Source: Trichodesmium erythraeum IMS101 (GTDB lineage Bacteria; Cyanobacteriota; Cyanobacteriia; Cyanobacteriales; Microcoleaceae). Taken from it: a DNA stretch of 32,000 bases. This document shows, piece after piece, positions 1 through 10,868 of the stretch; position 1 is the stretch's first letter, and each line of letters begins with the position of its first letter. The stretch lies in the NCBI RefSeq assembly GCF_000014265.1, contig NC_008312.1, positions 4,650,001 to 4,682,000 of the forward strand. The letters are read 5' to 3'. A program made the position numbers and the translations under genes. The notes under the pieces are model-generated. The model saw only the letters and a program-made list of their open reading frames with translations. It did no database searches and was not told where the DNA came from.

Positions 1-291
1 ATTTACAGGGTGAGGAATAGAGTTAGATTTAGTCAGTGGGACTTCTATGATATGTTTTTTACCATCAGCAACTCCTTTCCTTACAGCTCCTATAACATCT
101 GCTGCCTTACCCACTCCTACACCCACTTGACCCCGCTCATTGCCTATTACGACAATAGCGCGAAAACTGAGGTTTTTACCACCTTTTACAACTTTGGTGA
201 CTCGGCGAATTTGGACAACTCTTTCTTGCCATTCAATTTCTTTTTCTTTGGTACGGCTACTTTTTTTCCTACGTTGTTGCTGTTCTGCCAT
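1..291 (-). CDS. rpsE: 30S ribosomal protein S5, N-terminal 97 codons (3' end runs off the window)
   Basis: Hand translation of the reverse strand from the ATG at 289-291 gives [97 protein letters not shown]. This carries the S5 signature (RVxKVVKGGKxxxFRA, GxGxGKAxxV). It lies downstream of rplR as in spc operons. It is absent from the ORF track because it is open at the edge. Confidence 0.9.
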   Translation of the reverse strand, partial: MAEQQQRRKKSSRTKEKEIEWQERVVQIRRVTKVVKGGKNLSFRAIVVIGNERGQVGVGVGKAADVIGAVRKGVADGKKHIIEVPLTKSNSIPHPVN

Positions 292-441
292 AGTTCTTAC
301 CTTTTGTCAACTTCATTATTTTTTTGTGTAATACCATTTCTCAATAGTAATGCTATATTTTATTTTTACCTTTATTACTCTCCATATTTCCAAATTAGGA
401 TAAATAGCAAACTTTTTGATATTTGGTATAACTTTTGATAG

Positions 442-804
442 CTAGAAGTCTAACCCAGCTTCACGAGCTGCCTCAGCTAAGGCTTTGACTCGACCATGAT
501 AAAGGTTGCCACCACGGTCAAAAACTACTTTTTCTATTCCTTTTTCTAGCGATCGCTGAGCAATTAATTTACCTATTTGTATAGAAGCATCGCAGTTAGC
601 ACCTGATTTAATGGTTGACTTTACTTCTGCTTCTAAAGTTGACGCTGCAACCAAGGTATGCTGTTTAGTATCATCAATCACTTGTGCATAGATATGCATA
701 TTTGAGCGAAATACTGATAACCTTGGACGTTCTGACGTCCCAAATACCTTTTTTCGCACTCGGCGATGTCGCTTGATAATTGAGTCTTTACGAGTGTACT
801 TCAT
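442..804 (-). CDS. rplR: 50S ribosomal protein L18
   Basis: The 120-aa ORF has an RHRRVRKK...[20 protein letters not shown] core and a [23 protein letters not shown] C-terminus, both typical of L18. It sits 3 nt downstream of rplF. Confidence 0.95.
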   Translation of the reverse strand: MKYTRKDSIIKRHRRVRKKVFGTSERPRLSVFRSNMHIYAQVIDDTKQHTLVAASTLEAEVKSTIKSGANCDASIQIGKLIAQRSLEKGIEKVVFDRGGNLYHGRVKALAEAAREAGLDF

Positions 805-807
805 TGT

Positions 808-1347
808 TTATTTTTTACCTGACTTACCCGCTTTAAGTTTAATTACTTCTCCAGCATAACGAACACCTTTTCCTTTATATACTTCTGGTGGACGAACGGC
901 GCGGATTTTAGCGGCAGTATTTCCCACCAGTTCTTTATTAATACCATTAACAATTACGTTGGTATTATTTTCTACAGCTATATTTATACCTTCAGGAGCT
1001 GGCATTTCCACTGGTTTACTGTAACCCACATTTAATACCAAAGTCTTACCTTGAACTTGGGCACGATAACCTACCCCTTGAATCACCAGTCGTTTTTCAT
1101 ATCCCTTAGATACACCTTCGACCATATTCGCAACAAGAGTGCGACATAAACCATATCGCTGACGTGCCCTACGAGATTGTTCTTGTGGTTTAACAATAAT
1201 AGTATTTTCTTGTTCTTTCACTGCTATCTCAGGTGGCAAGACCCTAGACAGCTCACCTAATGGGCCTTTTACTGTTACTTTTTGACCCTCAATAGTAATA
1301 GTTACTTTTTTAGGTATTGGGATTGGAAGTTTACCAATTCGTGACAT
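808..1347 (-). CDS. rplF: 50S ribosomal protein L6
   Basis: The 179-aa ORF begins [15 protein letters not shown] and contains GYRA..QGK.L.L..GYSKPVE and PEVYKGKG(V)RY motifs typical of L6. Operon position fits. Confidence 0.95.
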   Translation of the reverse strand: MSRIGKLPIPIPKKVTITIEGQKVTVKGPLGELSRVLPPEIAVKEQENTIIVKPQEQSRRARQRYGLCRTLVANMVEGVSKGYEKRLVIQGVGYRAQVQGKTLVLNVGYSKPVEMPAPEGINIAVENNTNVIVNGINKELVGNTAAKIRAVRPPEVYKGKGVRYAGEVIKLKAGKSGKK

Positions 1348-1571
1348 AACTTTTTCTTATATTTAGGTTGGTAGCTGTTTTTTTGCTTGATCAATGGCTA
1401 TTTATTCATTTTGGTTATATAGAACTATGTATTTAGGGCAGGGAAATTATTAAGTCCCGTTTGAGGAACATTTTGGTATCTACAACTCAGTCATTTCAGT
1501 TGGTCAGTTATCAGTACCTAATTTTTTTTGTTACAGACTACTTTCAACTTTTGACCTGTGCTTATCGCTAT

Positions 1572-1973
1572 CTACCAAACATAGCAAAGAACTTCCCCTC
1601 CAATACCTCTTTTTCTAGCTTCTCGATCAGTCATAATTCCACTAGATGTAGAAATAATAGCTATTCCTATTCCACCTAAAACTCGTGGCAATTCTTTACG
1701 ATTTTTATAAACCCGGAGCCCTGGTTTACTAACTCGCTTCAAATATCTAATGATGGGTTGGCGATTTTTACCTTTGTATTTTAAAAAAATTACTAAGTAT
1801 TTTTTAATACCCTCCCCTTCCTGTTCAAACTCACCAATAAAACCTTCATCTTTCAGAACTTTGGCAATACTGCGAGTCATCTTTGTTGCTGGAACTTTTG
1901 TTGTTGTATGCTGCGCCATGCAGGAGTTGCGAATTCGCGTCAACATATCTGATATTGTGTCGTTAGCCGCCAT
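1572..1973 (-). CDS. rpsH: 30S ribosomal protein S8
   Basis: The 133-aa ORF has the [12 protein letters not shown] start and a GGEVLCYVW end, both classic S8. Confidence 0.95.
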   Translation of the reverse strand: MAANDTISDMLTRIRNSCMAQHTTTKVPATKMTRSIAKVLKDEGFIGEFEQEGEGIKKYLVIFLKYKGKNRQPIIRYLKRVSKPGLRVYKNRKELPRVLGGIGIAIISTSSGIMTDREARKRGIGGEVLCYVW

Positions 1974-2001
1974 TTTTTCCCCTTTTCTTTAACTACTTTA
2001 G

Positions 2002-2547
2002 TTAATTACTCCGGAAGGGCATTCCCATTTCTTTAAGTAGGGCACGGCCTTCTTCATCAGTTTTAGCTGTGGTAATAATTGAAATGTCCATTCCTCGAAT
2101 TTGATCGATCTTGTCATATTCTATCTCTGGAAAAATTAGTTGTTCTTTGACACCTAGACTATAATTGCCTCGACCGTCAAAGCTTTTAGGATTTATGCCT
2201 CGAAAATCTCGAATTCTAGGTAATGCTAAGTTAATTAGTCGCTCTATAAACTCATACATTCTCTGAGAACGAAGAGTCACCATTACTCCTACTGGCATTC
2301 CTTGACGGATTTTAAATCCAGCGATCGCTTTTTTTGCTCTAGTTACTACTGGTTTTTGACCTGTAATTGTAGCTATTTCCTTTATAGATGAATCTAAAGC
2401 TTTAGCATTTTGAGATGCTTCCCCTAAACCACGATTAATTGTTACTTTTACCAGCTTAGGTACTTGGTGAATATTTTTATACTTAAATTGGTCAATTAGT
2501 TTAGGAACAATTTTTTTGTAATAGTATTTCTTGAGTGTATCTGACAT
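2002..2547 (-). CDS. rplE: 50S ribosomal protein L5
   Basis: The 181-aa ORF matches L5 motifs ([37 protein letters not shown]). rpsN is not between rplE and rpsH, which is usual for cyanobacteria. Confidence 0.95.
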   Translation of the reverse strand: MSDTLKKYYYKKIVPKLIDQFKYKNIHQVPKLVKVTINRGLGEASQNAKALDSSIKEIATITGQKPVVTRAKKAIAGFKIRQGMPVGVMVTLRSQRMYEFIERLINLALPRIRDFRGINPKSFDGRGNYSLGVKEQLIFPEIEYDKIDQIRGMDISIITTAKTDEEGRALLKEMGMPFRSN

Positions 2548-2646
2548 ATTTTCGGTTATTTATTGAAAAATTTACTGAGAAAATAAATGCACTTTTTTAG
2601 TCTTTACTTGAAAATATCGACTATTCTTGATTCATTTTCCCTCTGT

Positions 2647-3015
2647 TTAATCTATAACCTCTCCTGTTTTTTTTAGCATTCGCACTTTACGTCCATCATC
2701 TGTAAATGTATAACAAATGCGACTAGCTACTTTTTGTTTAGTAGAATAAAGCATCACGTTAGAGCTGTGAATAGGAGCTTCTGTAGTAACAATTTTACCT
2801 GATTCTCCTTCTTGCTGAGGCTTAACATGCTTTGTTATAATATTAACATCTTTAACTATAACTTTGCTAACCTTCGGTAATACCTTAAGCACTTCACCTA
2901 CTTTACCTTTATCTTTTCCAGCAATTATTTGAACTGTGTCACCTTTCTTAACGTGAACTTTATAGCGTATAGGTTTTCCTCTGGCACTCATTAAGGGTTT
3001 TTTCTTTCTAGACAT
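2647..3015 (-). CDS. rplX: 50S ribosomal protein L24
   Basis: The 122-aa ORF has the KOW motif [21 protein letters not shown]. Its ATG shares one base with the rplN stop (TAATG). Confidence 0.93.
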   Translation of the reverse strand: MSRKKKPLMSARGKPIRYKVHVKKGDTVQIIAGKDKGKVGEVLKVLPKVSKVIVKDVNIITKHVKPQQEGESGKIVTTEAPIHSSNVMLYSTKQKVASRICYTFTDDGRKVRMLKKTGEVID

Positions 3016-3383
3016 TACAGTACCTCCGGTGCTAAGGATACAATTTTAGTAAAATTTTTGTCTCGTAATTCACGAGCAACTGGGCCAAAAACACGAGTAC
3101 CACGTGGGTTTCCATCCTGGTTAATGATCACTGCTGCGTTATCGTCAAATCTAATACTCATACCGCTATCTCGACGTAAACCTTTTTTAGTGCGAACCAC
3201 AACAGCTCTTACTACATCTGATTTTTTCACAGCCATATTAGGAGATGCATCTTTGACTACAGCTATAATTACATCACCTATGTGAGCATATCGACGATTT
3301 CCACCACCCACTACTCGGATACACATTAGTTTTCGGGCACCGCTATTATCAGCTACATTTAGTAAAGATTGTTGTTGAATCAT
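3015..3383 (-). CDS. rplN: 50S ribosomal protein L14
   Basis: The 122-aa ORF begins [24 protein letters not shown] and ends SLAPEVL, near-invariant L14 sequence. Confidence 0.97.
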   Translation of the reverse strand: MIQQQSLLNVADNSGARKLMCIRVVGGGNRRYAHIGDVIIAVVKDASPNMAVKKSDVVRAVVVRTKKGLRRDSGMSIRFDDNAAVIINQDGNPRGTRVFGPVARELRDKNFTKIVSLAPEVL

Positions 3384-3503
3384 GGTGGTTTTTATTATGT
3401 TTATGCAAAACCAAATTTACTTTTGACTAGAGAATAAGATTACAGTACATTAAAAGTACATTCAGTTGTTATATTAAAGTTTTACTCAAACCTTTAAAAC
3501 CAA

Positions 3504-3755
3504 CTATAAAGTAGCCTTAGAACCGATAATTTCAGAAAGTTCCCAACGTTTAGTACGACTCAGAGGGCGAGTCTCTCTAATCCGAACCCGATCACCTTCA
3601 TTACATTTATTTTCTTCATCGTGAACTTTATATTTTTTAGTTTTAACTACTATTTTACCATATCTAGGATGAGCAGAGCGGTTTTCTATTGCCACTACTA
3701 TTGTTTTGTGCATTTTGTTGCTGACAACTACACCTACTCTTTCTTTAGCTGCCAT
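3504..3755 (-). CDS. rpsQ: 30S ribosomal protein S17
   Basis: The ORF reads [24 protein letters not shown]...[22 protein letters not shown] prefer the second in-frame ATG at 3755, because AGGAGG lies 7 nt upstream of it but only 1 nt from the ATG at 3761. Confidence 0.92.
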
Positions 3756-3895
3756 AATCATACCTCCTATTTTATAAGTTAAAAGTGTTCTTTCCTGTTA
3801 CCCGAAGGATAATTTTTTTATATAGTGTTAGCAATTAATATTTTACTAAAATACTAAAATTCTAGTAACTGAAACACCATCTTAAATTTTAATGC

Positions 3896-4144
3896 TTACT
3901 GAGTATTCTCTACTGTGGAAACAGTAGTAGAAGCTTCTGCATTTTTAGCTAATTCCCGTTCTTTTTCTATTGTTAATAACTGAGCCAGTCGATGGCGGTT
4001 ATGCTTGAATAGGTGTGTTTTTTCTATTCTTCCTGTAGCTTTAAGGATGCGTAAATCAAACAATTCCCGCTTAACCTTAGCTATTTCATTAGCAATTTCT
4101 TCATCACTCAATTCCCTAACTTCTGCTATTTTTGGGAAAGGCAT
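3896..4144 (-). CDS. rpmC: 50S ribosomal protein L29
   Basis: The 82-aa ORF has an L29-like LSDEEIANEI.K.KRELFDLR core with a C-terminal extension. It lies 3 nt downstream of rplP. Confidence 0.9.
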   Translation of the reverse strand: MPFPKIAEVRELSDEEIANEIAKVKRELFDLRILKATGRIEKTHLFKHNRHRLAQLLTIEKERELAKNAEASTTVSTVENTQ

Positions 4145-4147
4145 AGA

Positions 4148-4561
4148 CTAATCCTCCTCACGTACAATGAACCTTGTCTTTATTGGCAACTTAAATGATG
4201 CCAAACGCATAGCTTCACGAGCTATTTCTTCTACCACTCCGCCCAACTCAAACATAATACGACCTGGCTTGACCACTGCAACCCAGTATTCAGGGGCACC
4301 TTTACCAGAACCCATACGAGTTTCTGCGGCTCTCATTGTAACTGGTTTGTCTGGAAAGACGCGAATCCAAATTTTTCCACCCCTACGGATGTAACGAGTC
4401 ATAGCACGACGAGCAGCTTCTATTTGACGGGAAGTAATCCAAGATGGTTCTAATGCTTGGAGTGCATATTGACCAAAGCTAATTTTATTGCCACTATTTG
4501 CATTACCTCTCATCCGTCCACGCTGCTGTTTCCGGAATTTTGTTCTTTTAGGACTTAACAT
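4148..4561 (-). CDS. rplP: 50S ribosomal protein L16
   Basis: The 137-aa ORF begins [19 protein letters not shown] and contains [13 protein letters not shown] and [14 protein letters not shown], canonical L16. Confidence 0.97.
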   Translation of the reverse strand: MLSPKRTKFRKQQRGRMRGNANSGNKISFGQYALQALEPSWITSRQIEAARRAMTRYIRRGGKIWIRVFPDKPVTMRAAETRMGSGKGAPEYWVAVVKPGRIMFELGGVVEEIAREAMRLASFKLPIKTRFIVREED

Positions 4562-4734
4562 AGTCTAATGTTCTCTTCTTGATTTGCTATTTGGTTATGG
4601 CAGTAATCACAAAGGTTAATAATTGAGAAAAATGTTAAGATGTTATACCCTATACATTTTATTTGATTGTCAACCTATTTTTTAAATGAAGTGCTGATCA
4701 AGAATTGCTTTTAACTTTATTATTTATGTAAAAT

Positions 4735-5463
4735 TCACCCTTCGTTAGACCTATCATCATATTGTTGACGACGTTTTTGTTGTCTACGTTTTGGTTGATT
4801 TACTTTTGCATTGGCAATTTCTTCTTGACCAGGAATTATTTCTCCCTTAAAAACCCAAATTTTAATACCAAGGATACCGTAAATTGTTTTAGCGGTACAG
4901 TAGGCATAATCAATATTAGCTCTTAATGTATGCAAAGGTACACTACCTTCTCTGGTAACCTCAGTACGAGCAATTTCTGCTCCATTGACCCTGCCACTAA
5001 CTTGTATCTTAATGCCTTCTACACCAGCTTTTTGTGCTCTAGTTATAGCTTGACGTACAACCCGACGAAAAGAAACCCTTTTTTCTAGTTGTTGAGCAAT
5101 ATATTCACCAATGAGCATAGCATCAGTATCTACTTTTGTGACTTCAACAACATTGATTCTGATCTGACGGTTACTACCCAAAAGTTTTTGTAACCCTACC
5201 CTCAAAGAATCAATTCCTGCACCGCCCCGACCAACTACTACACCTGGTCTAGCTGTTCTAACTTCTAAATCAATCTGCTCTGCTTTTCTCTCAACTCTGA
5301 TTTGAGAAATTCCTGCATTAGCAAGAGTCGCCTTCACATATTGACGAATTTTGTGATCTTCTTGCAAGGTATCTGGATAGTTCTTAGGGTCAGCATACCA
5401 ACGAGAACGATGCTCTTGGGTAATACCCAGTCTAAAACCAGTTGGATGTATTTTTTGTCCCAT
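4735..5463 (-). CDS. rpsC: 30S ribosomal protein S3
   Basis: The 242-aa ORF begins [13 protein letters not shown] and has a KH domain ([13 protein letters not shown]) and [12 protein letters not shown], canonical S3 with a basic C-tail. Confidence 0.97.
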   Translation of the reverse strand: MGQKIHPTGFRLGITQEHRSRWYADPKNYPDTLQEDHKIRQYVKATLANAGISQIRVERKAEQIDLEVRTARPGVVVGRGGAGIDSLRVGLQKLLGSNRQIRINVVEVTKVDTDAMLIGEYIAQQLEKRVSFRRVVRQAITRAQKAGVEGIKIQVSGRVNGAEIARTEVTREGSVPLHTLRANIDYAYCTAKTIYGILGIKIWVFKGEIIPGQEEIANAKVNQPKRRQQKRRQQYDDRSNEG

Positions 5464-5519
5464 TACTCTTCATATAGTGTTTTAATTTAATCTAGGGAAT
5501 TTATAACCAAAAAATTTAG

Positions 5520-5879
5520 TTAATCATCAACTAAAGAAGCAACTGCCACTGTAATGTGACAAGTAGGCTTACGGATTTTGTAAGCACGGCCTTGAGCACG
5601 GGGTCGATAACGTGGCAAGCAAGGTCCTTGATCTGCAAAAGCTTTGGATATAACTAAAGTGTCTGGATCTATTCCTTTGTTATTCTCCGCATTTGCTACT
5701 GCTGAGCACAGTACTTTTCGGATCGGAACACAAGATCGGTATGGCATAAATTCCAGGATAATTAATGCTTCCCTATAAGAAATGCCACGGATTTGATCAA
5801 GCACCCGTCGTACTTTAAACGGAGACATTCGGATATAACGCGCTATTGCTTTGACTTCTGTATTGGTATCTATGGGCAT
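5520..5879 (-). CDS. rplV: 50S ribosomal protein L22
   Basis: The ORF reads [32 protein letters not shown], typical of L22. I chose the ATG at 5879 with GGAGAGG just upstream rather than the TTG at 5891 reported by the track. Confidence 0.94.
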   Translation of the reverse strand: MPIDTNTEVKAIARYIRMSPFKVRRVLDQIRGISYREALIILEFMPYRSCVPIRKVLCSAVANAENNKGIDPDTLVISKAFADQGPCLPRYRPRAQGRAYKIRKPTCHITVAVASLVDD

Positions 5880-5912
5880 ACCCCTCTCCAATTATCAATT
5901 TTTTTGTTATTG

Positions 5913-6012
5913 AGGACTTACGCAGAAATTGGTTCAAAAAATTCCCCATTACTTGGGAACAACAATAAATTGGGTCAATAAACCTGGTTTATTGTTTGGG
6001 TGCGTAAGTCCT
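5913..6012. repeat. 100-nt structured inverted-repeat element in the rpsS-rplV spacer
   Basis: A perfect 12-bp inverted repeat AGGACTTACGCA (5913-5924) / TGCGTAAGTCCT (6001-6012) encloses a 9-bp repeat AACAATAAA (5961-5969) / TTTATTGTT (5988-5996). A competing partner CAATAAAC lies at about 5975-5982. Confidence 0.7.
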
Positions 6013-6017
6013 GTTGT

Positions 6018-6293
6018 TTATCTTTTTGACTTTTTATCTGAACCGTGACCCCGATATGTTCTAGTCGGTGCAAATTCACCTAATTTATGACCTACCATCT
6101 GATCTGATATAAATACAGGAACGTGCTGACGCCCGTTATGTACTGCTATAGTGTGACCGACCATATCAGGAATAATAGTTGAAGATCTTGACCAAGTTTT
6201 AATTACCTGTTTTTCATTTTTAGCATTTAAAGCTTCTATTTTTTTTAATAAATGATCTGCAATAAATGGTCCTTTTTTTAATGAACGAGACAT
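6018..6293 (-). CDS. rpsS: 30S ribosomal protein S19
   Basis: The 91-aa ORF reads [20 protein letters not shown]...[17 protein letters not shown]...[14 protein letters not shown], canonical S19. Confidence 0.97.
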   Translation of the reverse strand: MSRSLKKGPFIADHLLKKIEALNAKNEKQVIKTWSRSSTIIPDMVGHTIAVHNGRQHVPVFISDQMVGHKLGEFAPTRTYRGHGSDKKSKR

Positions 6294-6466
6294 AATTGAA
6301 CTTATGATTGATTTAATTAATACAATATTCGAGAACTTAAGTGGCCATCGTATCTATAGCTTGGGATTCAAAGACCCTATTTAGTAAGATGGGTTGATAT
6401 ACTCTTTTCCTTAGGAAAAAAATTATCTTACTGAATTCTAAGCACTTCTTTAAGCATAAGTAAGTT

Positions 6467-7330
6467 TTAGCTTTGACGACCACCTTTACCTCTTTTCGAG
6501 GATTTACGTCGACGTTGTACAATTAAAGCATCACTCTGTTTTTTCTTCTTGCGAGTTTTCATGCCCAATGCTGGTTTACCCCAAGGAGTAACAGGCCCAC
6601 TTCTACCAACTGGTGCCCGACCTTCACCACCACCATGAGGGTGATCAACTGGGTTCATTACACTACCTCTAACAGTTGGTCTCTTACCTTTCCAGCGATT
6701 ACGGCCTGCTTTACCTAGACTAATATTCCTATGCTCTATATTACCTATTTGGCCTAAAGTTGCATAGCAGCTTGCTCTAACTTTACGTCGTTCACCAGAG
6801 GGAAGTTTGATTGTTACATACTGATCTTCTTTTGCTACTACTTGAGCTACAGCACCAGCAGAACGCACCATTTGTCCTCCTTTACCAGGAACAAGTTCTA
6901 CGTTATGAACATCTGTACCCAAAGGAATTTTACTTAGAGGTAAAGCATTACCAATCTCTAGTGGAGCGTTGACCCCAGAGGTGATTAATTGACCAACTTT
7001 TAATCCTAAGGGATGGAGGATATAGCGCTTTTCTCCATCTTGATAATGTAGGAGTGCTATTCTGGCATTCCGGTAGGGGTCGTATTCTATTGCTGCTACT
7101 TTCGCTGGAATATTATGTTTATTGCGATGGAAGTCTACAACACGATATAGTTTCTTAGTACCTCCGCCTCGATGACGACAGGTAACTACACCCCGGTTGT
7201 TGCGACCCTTTTTTCTATGTCTAAATTTTACCAGAGTTTTTTCTGGTCTTGATTTTGTTACCTCCGCAAAGTCTGAAACACTATGTTCTCGGGTACTTGG
7301 AGTATAGGGTCGGTAGGAACGAATACCCAT
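6467..7330 (-). CDS. rplB: 50S ribosomal protein L2
   Basis: The 287-aa ORF contains GRNN.G..T.RHRGGG.K and [13 protein letters not shown] motifs and the basic C-tail seen in cyanobacteria and plastids. Confidence 0.97.
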
Positions 7331-7396
7331 AATTTCTTCTCTATCTCAGTTGAATATTTTACAGATTAATTGAAATTGAGTTGAGATATATTTTTT

Positions 7397-7702
7397 TTAG
7401 AGGTCTGGGAATAGAACTTTCCGAATTGGTTCCCCATCTTCTAGAGTAACAATAGCTCTCTTATATCTAGGTTTGAAACCTATATATTTACCCACTCTAC
7501 GTTTTTTTCTAGGTAAATTTAGGGTATTAATACCTATTACTTTGACCTCAAATATTTGCTCAATTACTTGTTTTATCATTGGCTTTGTTGCCCTTGGATC
7601 TACATCAAATGTATATTGATTTAGCTCCATTAACCTAGTAGCTTTTTCTGTAACAACTGGGTTTTTAATGATATCTACTAAGTCTCGTGAATCAAGTTTC
7701 AT
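7397..7702 (-). CDS. rplW: 50S ribosomal protein L23
   Basis: The ORF reads [24 protein letters not shown]...YTF.VD..A.K..IK, typical of L23. The start at 7702 has AGGAGG 8 nt upstream. It overlaps the rplD stop by 11 nt. The track start at 7729 is probably too long. Confidence 0.92.
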   Translation of the reverse strand: MKLDSRDLVDIIKNPVVTEKATRLMELNQYTFDVDPRATKPMIKQVIEQIFEVKVIGINTLNLPRKKRRVGKYIGFKPRYKRAIVTLEDGEPIRKVLFPDL

Positions 7703-8330
7703 TCCCGTAGACCTCCTGAATTTTAGCAATTGCTGTTACAGTTGCTATGATTTTGTCTGCTGCTAGAATATCGTAAATATTCAAATTGTTGGCTAGGATA
7801 ATTTTTAGCTTGGCAATGTTACGACCTGATAAATAAACGTTCTCCTGTTTTTCTGGCAAAACTAACACAATTTTAGCTTGTATATCTATTCCCCAGCGAG
7901 TGATCGCTTGCACCAATTCTTTAGTTTTTGGTTTAGTAAATTGTTCGCTTAAGTCCTCTATAACTATTAAGTCTTCTGAGCGACTTTGGAAAGCAGTACT
8001 AAGTGCTAGACGTTTTTCCTTTCGGTTCATTTTATGGGAATAGTCTCTTGGTTTAGGACCAAAAATTACACCACCACCACGCCATAGGGGAGAACGAATT
8101 GAACCTGCTCTTGCTCTACCTGTTCCTTTTTGCCGCCAAGGTTTACGACCACCACCTCTTACTTCGGATCTAGTTTTGGTACTAGCTGTTCCCTGGCGAT
8201 TATTTGCCATTTGTAGTCTTAGGGATCTGTGAACAATATGTGCGGCACTTTCTTCCTTAGCTACACGTAAGTTGAGAGTTGCTTGCCCAACTTCTTCACC
8301 TTGCCAGTTTTTTACTACACAATCAACCAT
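7692..8330 (-). CDS. rplD: 50S ribosomal protein L4
   Basis: The 212-aa ORF contains the L4 core [44 protein letters not shown]. Confidence 0.95.
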   Translation of the reverse strand: MVDCVVKNWQGEEVGQATLNLRVAKEESAAHIVHRSLRLQMANNRQGTASTKTRSEVRGGGRKPWRQKGTGRARAGSIRSPLWRGGGVIFGPKPRDYSHKMNRKEKRLALSTAFQSRSEDLIVIEDLSEQFTKPKTKELVQAITRWGIDIQAKIVLVLPEKQENVYLSGRNIAKLKIILANNLNIYDILAADKIIATVTAIAKIQEVYGNET

Positions 8331-8352
8331 CTTTATTTCTCAAAAATTTTCT

Positions 8353-9036
8353 CTATTTTTGACCTACTATGTTTGCTGGTGCAATACTTATTAATGTGCC
8401 TGATTTTCCAGGAATACTACCTTTGATTAGTAATAGGTTTCGTTCGGGATCTATTCTTACTATTTTCAGTTTTCTAGTAGTGACTCGCACATTTCCTAGA
8501 TGCCCTGCCATTTTCTTTCCTGGATAAACGCGCCCTGGAGTTGTTCCCGGACCTGTGGAACCTGGTAGACGATGGTTTTTAGAACCATGTGCCATTGGTC
8601 CACGTCTAAAGTTATGACGTTTTTGATAGCCAGCAAAGCCTTTTCCAATACTTTTTCCTGTGACATCAACCAGTTGACCTGCTTCAAATAAATCAACTTT
8701 TATTTGTTGACCTAATTCAAAGTTACCTGTATTATCTACTCTGTATTCTCGTAGATAACGTAAAGGAGTACCGCCAGATTTAACTAAATGCCCTTCTTGA
8801 GCATTAGTCAAATACCTATTAACTTCTTTTGGCTCTTTTGTATTTAGTTGACGAGTCTTATTTTTGGCTTCACCATATCCAATTTGAACTGCAGTGTAAC
8901 CATCTGTTTGTTCTGTTTTTATCTGGGTAACTACACATGGACCAGCTTCAACTACTGTTACAGGAATTGCTTTTCCAGTTTCAGCTTCAAATACTTGTGT
9001 CATGCCTAGTTTTGTGCCAAGGATACCAACTACCAC
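8353..9036 (-). CDS. rplC: 50S ribosomal protein L3 (first gene of the operon)
   Basis: The 227-aa ORF begins [15 protein letters not shown] from a GTG start with AGGAGAG upstream, and contains GKGFAG..KRHNF and [16 protein letters not shown]. No rpsJ lies upstream, as expected in cyanobacteria. Confidence 0.96.
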   Translation of the reverse strand: MVVGILGTKLGMTQVFEAETGKAIPVTVVEAGPCVVTQIKTEQTDGYTAVQIGYGEAKNKTRQLNTKEPKEVNRYLTNAQEGHLVKSGGTPLRYLREYRVDNTGNFELGQQIKVDLFEAGQLVDVTGKSIGKGFAGYQKRHNFRRGPMAHGSKNHRLPGSTGPGTTPGRVYPGKKMAGHLGNVRVTTRKLKIVRIDPERNLLLIKGSIPGKSGTLISIAPANIVGQK

Positions 9037-10868
9037 TGTCGCTCTCCTCTATTTATTTATGCACTACAACAACATTTGTTAATTCAATTAACATACTCCC
9101 GAAGCTGCTCTACAAAACAGAGCGGGATTTCCTAATATTTAGCTATCTTTAATAAGTTTTCTTGTTCTGCAGTAGAGTAAAAATTAGGTTTTATCCTTTC
9201 TCAAGCATCTACTACCTATTTATTATTTTTTTTACAGTTGAGTTATAAATATTACCTTATAGCAATCAAACGAAAGATTAAGACCCTTAACTATTCCTGA
9301 TTTCTGTAGAAACCTAAATTGATGTCTTAACCTATGCTTAGAATGCTATATGTTTGACATTTTCCATAGCTGTTAGACACTGGGGAGAACTCTTACCTAG
9401 GGAAAGCCTAAGAGCAGGTTTACTTTTCACAGGCTAATATATCCATCCTATAAGAGAGGTTAGTTCTACCTACCTGTTGCGTCCATTTTTTATTTCAGAC
9501 TGCCTAACTATAACTAACTCAATAAAATAACAACATAAAGTATATTAAAAAAATAACTAAAAAGTTCTTTGCCTATAGGCAGAGGCTATAAACCTAATTT
9601 TTCTGTAAAAACCGCAATATTGGTTGCCATTCTTATAGGATGCTCGCTTGCTCAGACAGAAGCGCGAGTATTCTTGTCAGATAGTTATCTAGTTTAAATA
9701 CTCCCCGGCTTTTAGGTATGAAAAGAGCTTTACTGAGCCATAGATAAAATCTGGATTACTTTGGCACTTAGTATGCACTCAGTTATCAATAAACTCTTAC
9801 TAGCTTGACACTAGTACTATGCTTACCTTAACTTCCGTTTTTTTCTCACACCACACTATAGGTGACTAATGAACCAAAAAGAATAATAACATATATATTC
9901 AAAAAAAACTAAGAATTTTACAATGGTACCTAATTTAAACCAATTTTTTTTCAGTCAAACAAGGACAGGTATTATTCTTATTTTAGTAATGTCTTGATTT
10001 TTATTACTCCGATCTTCAATTATTTTGCCTATTTTTAATTTAGATAGGTAAAATTTTTAGGCTAAATCTATTAATTGTTATTTTTCAATAGGGAACAGAA
10101 TCATTAATAACTACAAAAAAATACAGTCAGGATAAGACATTGTATTTTTCCTAGATTGAAGATGTGAGGTATTATCTAAAAATTTTCTCCTAAATATTAT
10201 ATAAAAAAATATTATATCAAAAAAATTATGGAGTTAATACTCAAAAGTCTAGATAGTTATCGTCTGTTAAAAACGATAACTCCTTACTTGCTACACTATT
10301 TACTTGAATTTTTGGCTTTTATTTATCTAATTATGACTGTATATTTGCCAAGACTTGAGTAGCTTGCTACTCAGTATCTTTTCCTATTATTTGTTAACTA
10401 CTAACCTATCAGCTTTTAGCATTTAGCTAATTGCCCCAGTTACTTTAGGATGGGTTTAAATTCCATTCTAAATTTCAAAAACAATGATCTAATTAGCTGA
10501 GAGCTGAAAGTTTATTTAACAACTGCTAACAAATAATTCCTATCTCATCCTAATTAAGTATGAAGCTTTTTTAGTCTATAGACTATTGATATTAAACTAG
10601 TGGCTCAATATAAATTAACTTTCAAACAAAAAAAATTAATTCTTTCTTCACTTTTTAGAGTATGATAGGTAGCCAATGGCTTTTTGGCTATATTATTAAC
10701 CTTGTTTTAGGCAATAATATGTCATTGTATAGTATTTACTAGCATTTGTCTATAGATTTGAATAATTTTTTTTGAAGTTGCTAAGAGAGCAAGCATATTT
10801 GCTATATGGAACTATAATATATACCAAGTATAATCATCTAGGATCAAAGAATTAGGAATAAAATAAAT

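Noticed and set aside
10-438. 142-aa and 63-aa plus-strand ORFs (10-438, 140-331) at the window start
   Set aside because: They are antisense to the clearly recognisable rpsE coding sequence and its upstream spacer. Their composition is low-complexity F/Y/L/S-rich, typical of the shadow frame of an AT-rich gene.
1461-9152. Shadow or overlapping ORFs within the ribosomal operon (1461-1679, 1750-1992, 3058-3285, 4167-4394, 5302-5490, 5793-5981, 6337-6522, 8496-8696, 8937-9152)
   Set aside because: Each overlaps a confidently identified ribosomal protein gene in another frame or strand, or spans spacer plus gene end. None has family resemblance or an RBS.
9380-9720. Possible RNase P RNA, tmRNA or other housekeeping RNA in the rplC-ndhN gap (GGGAAAGCC near 9410, CCCCGGCTT near 9705)
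   Set aside because: There are only short chance resemblances to rnpB conserved blocks (GAGGAAAGTCCGGGC, ACAGAAxCCGGCTTA). The surrounding sequence is too AT-rich and lacks the other conserved helices.
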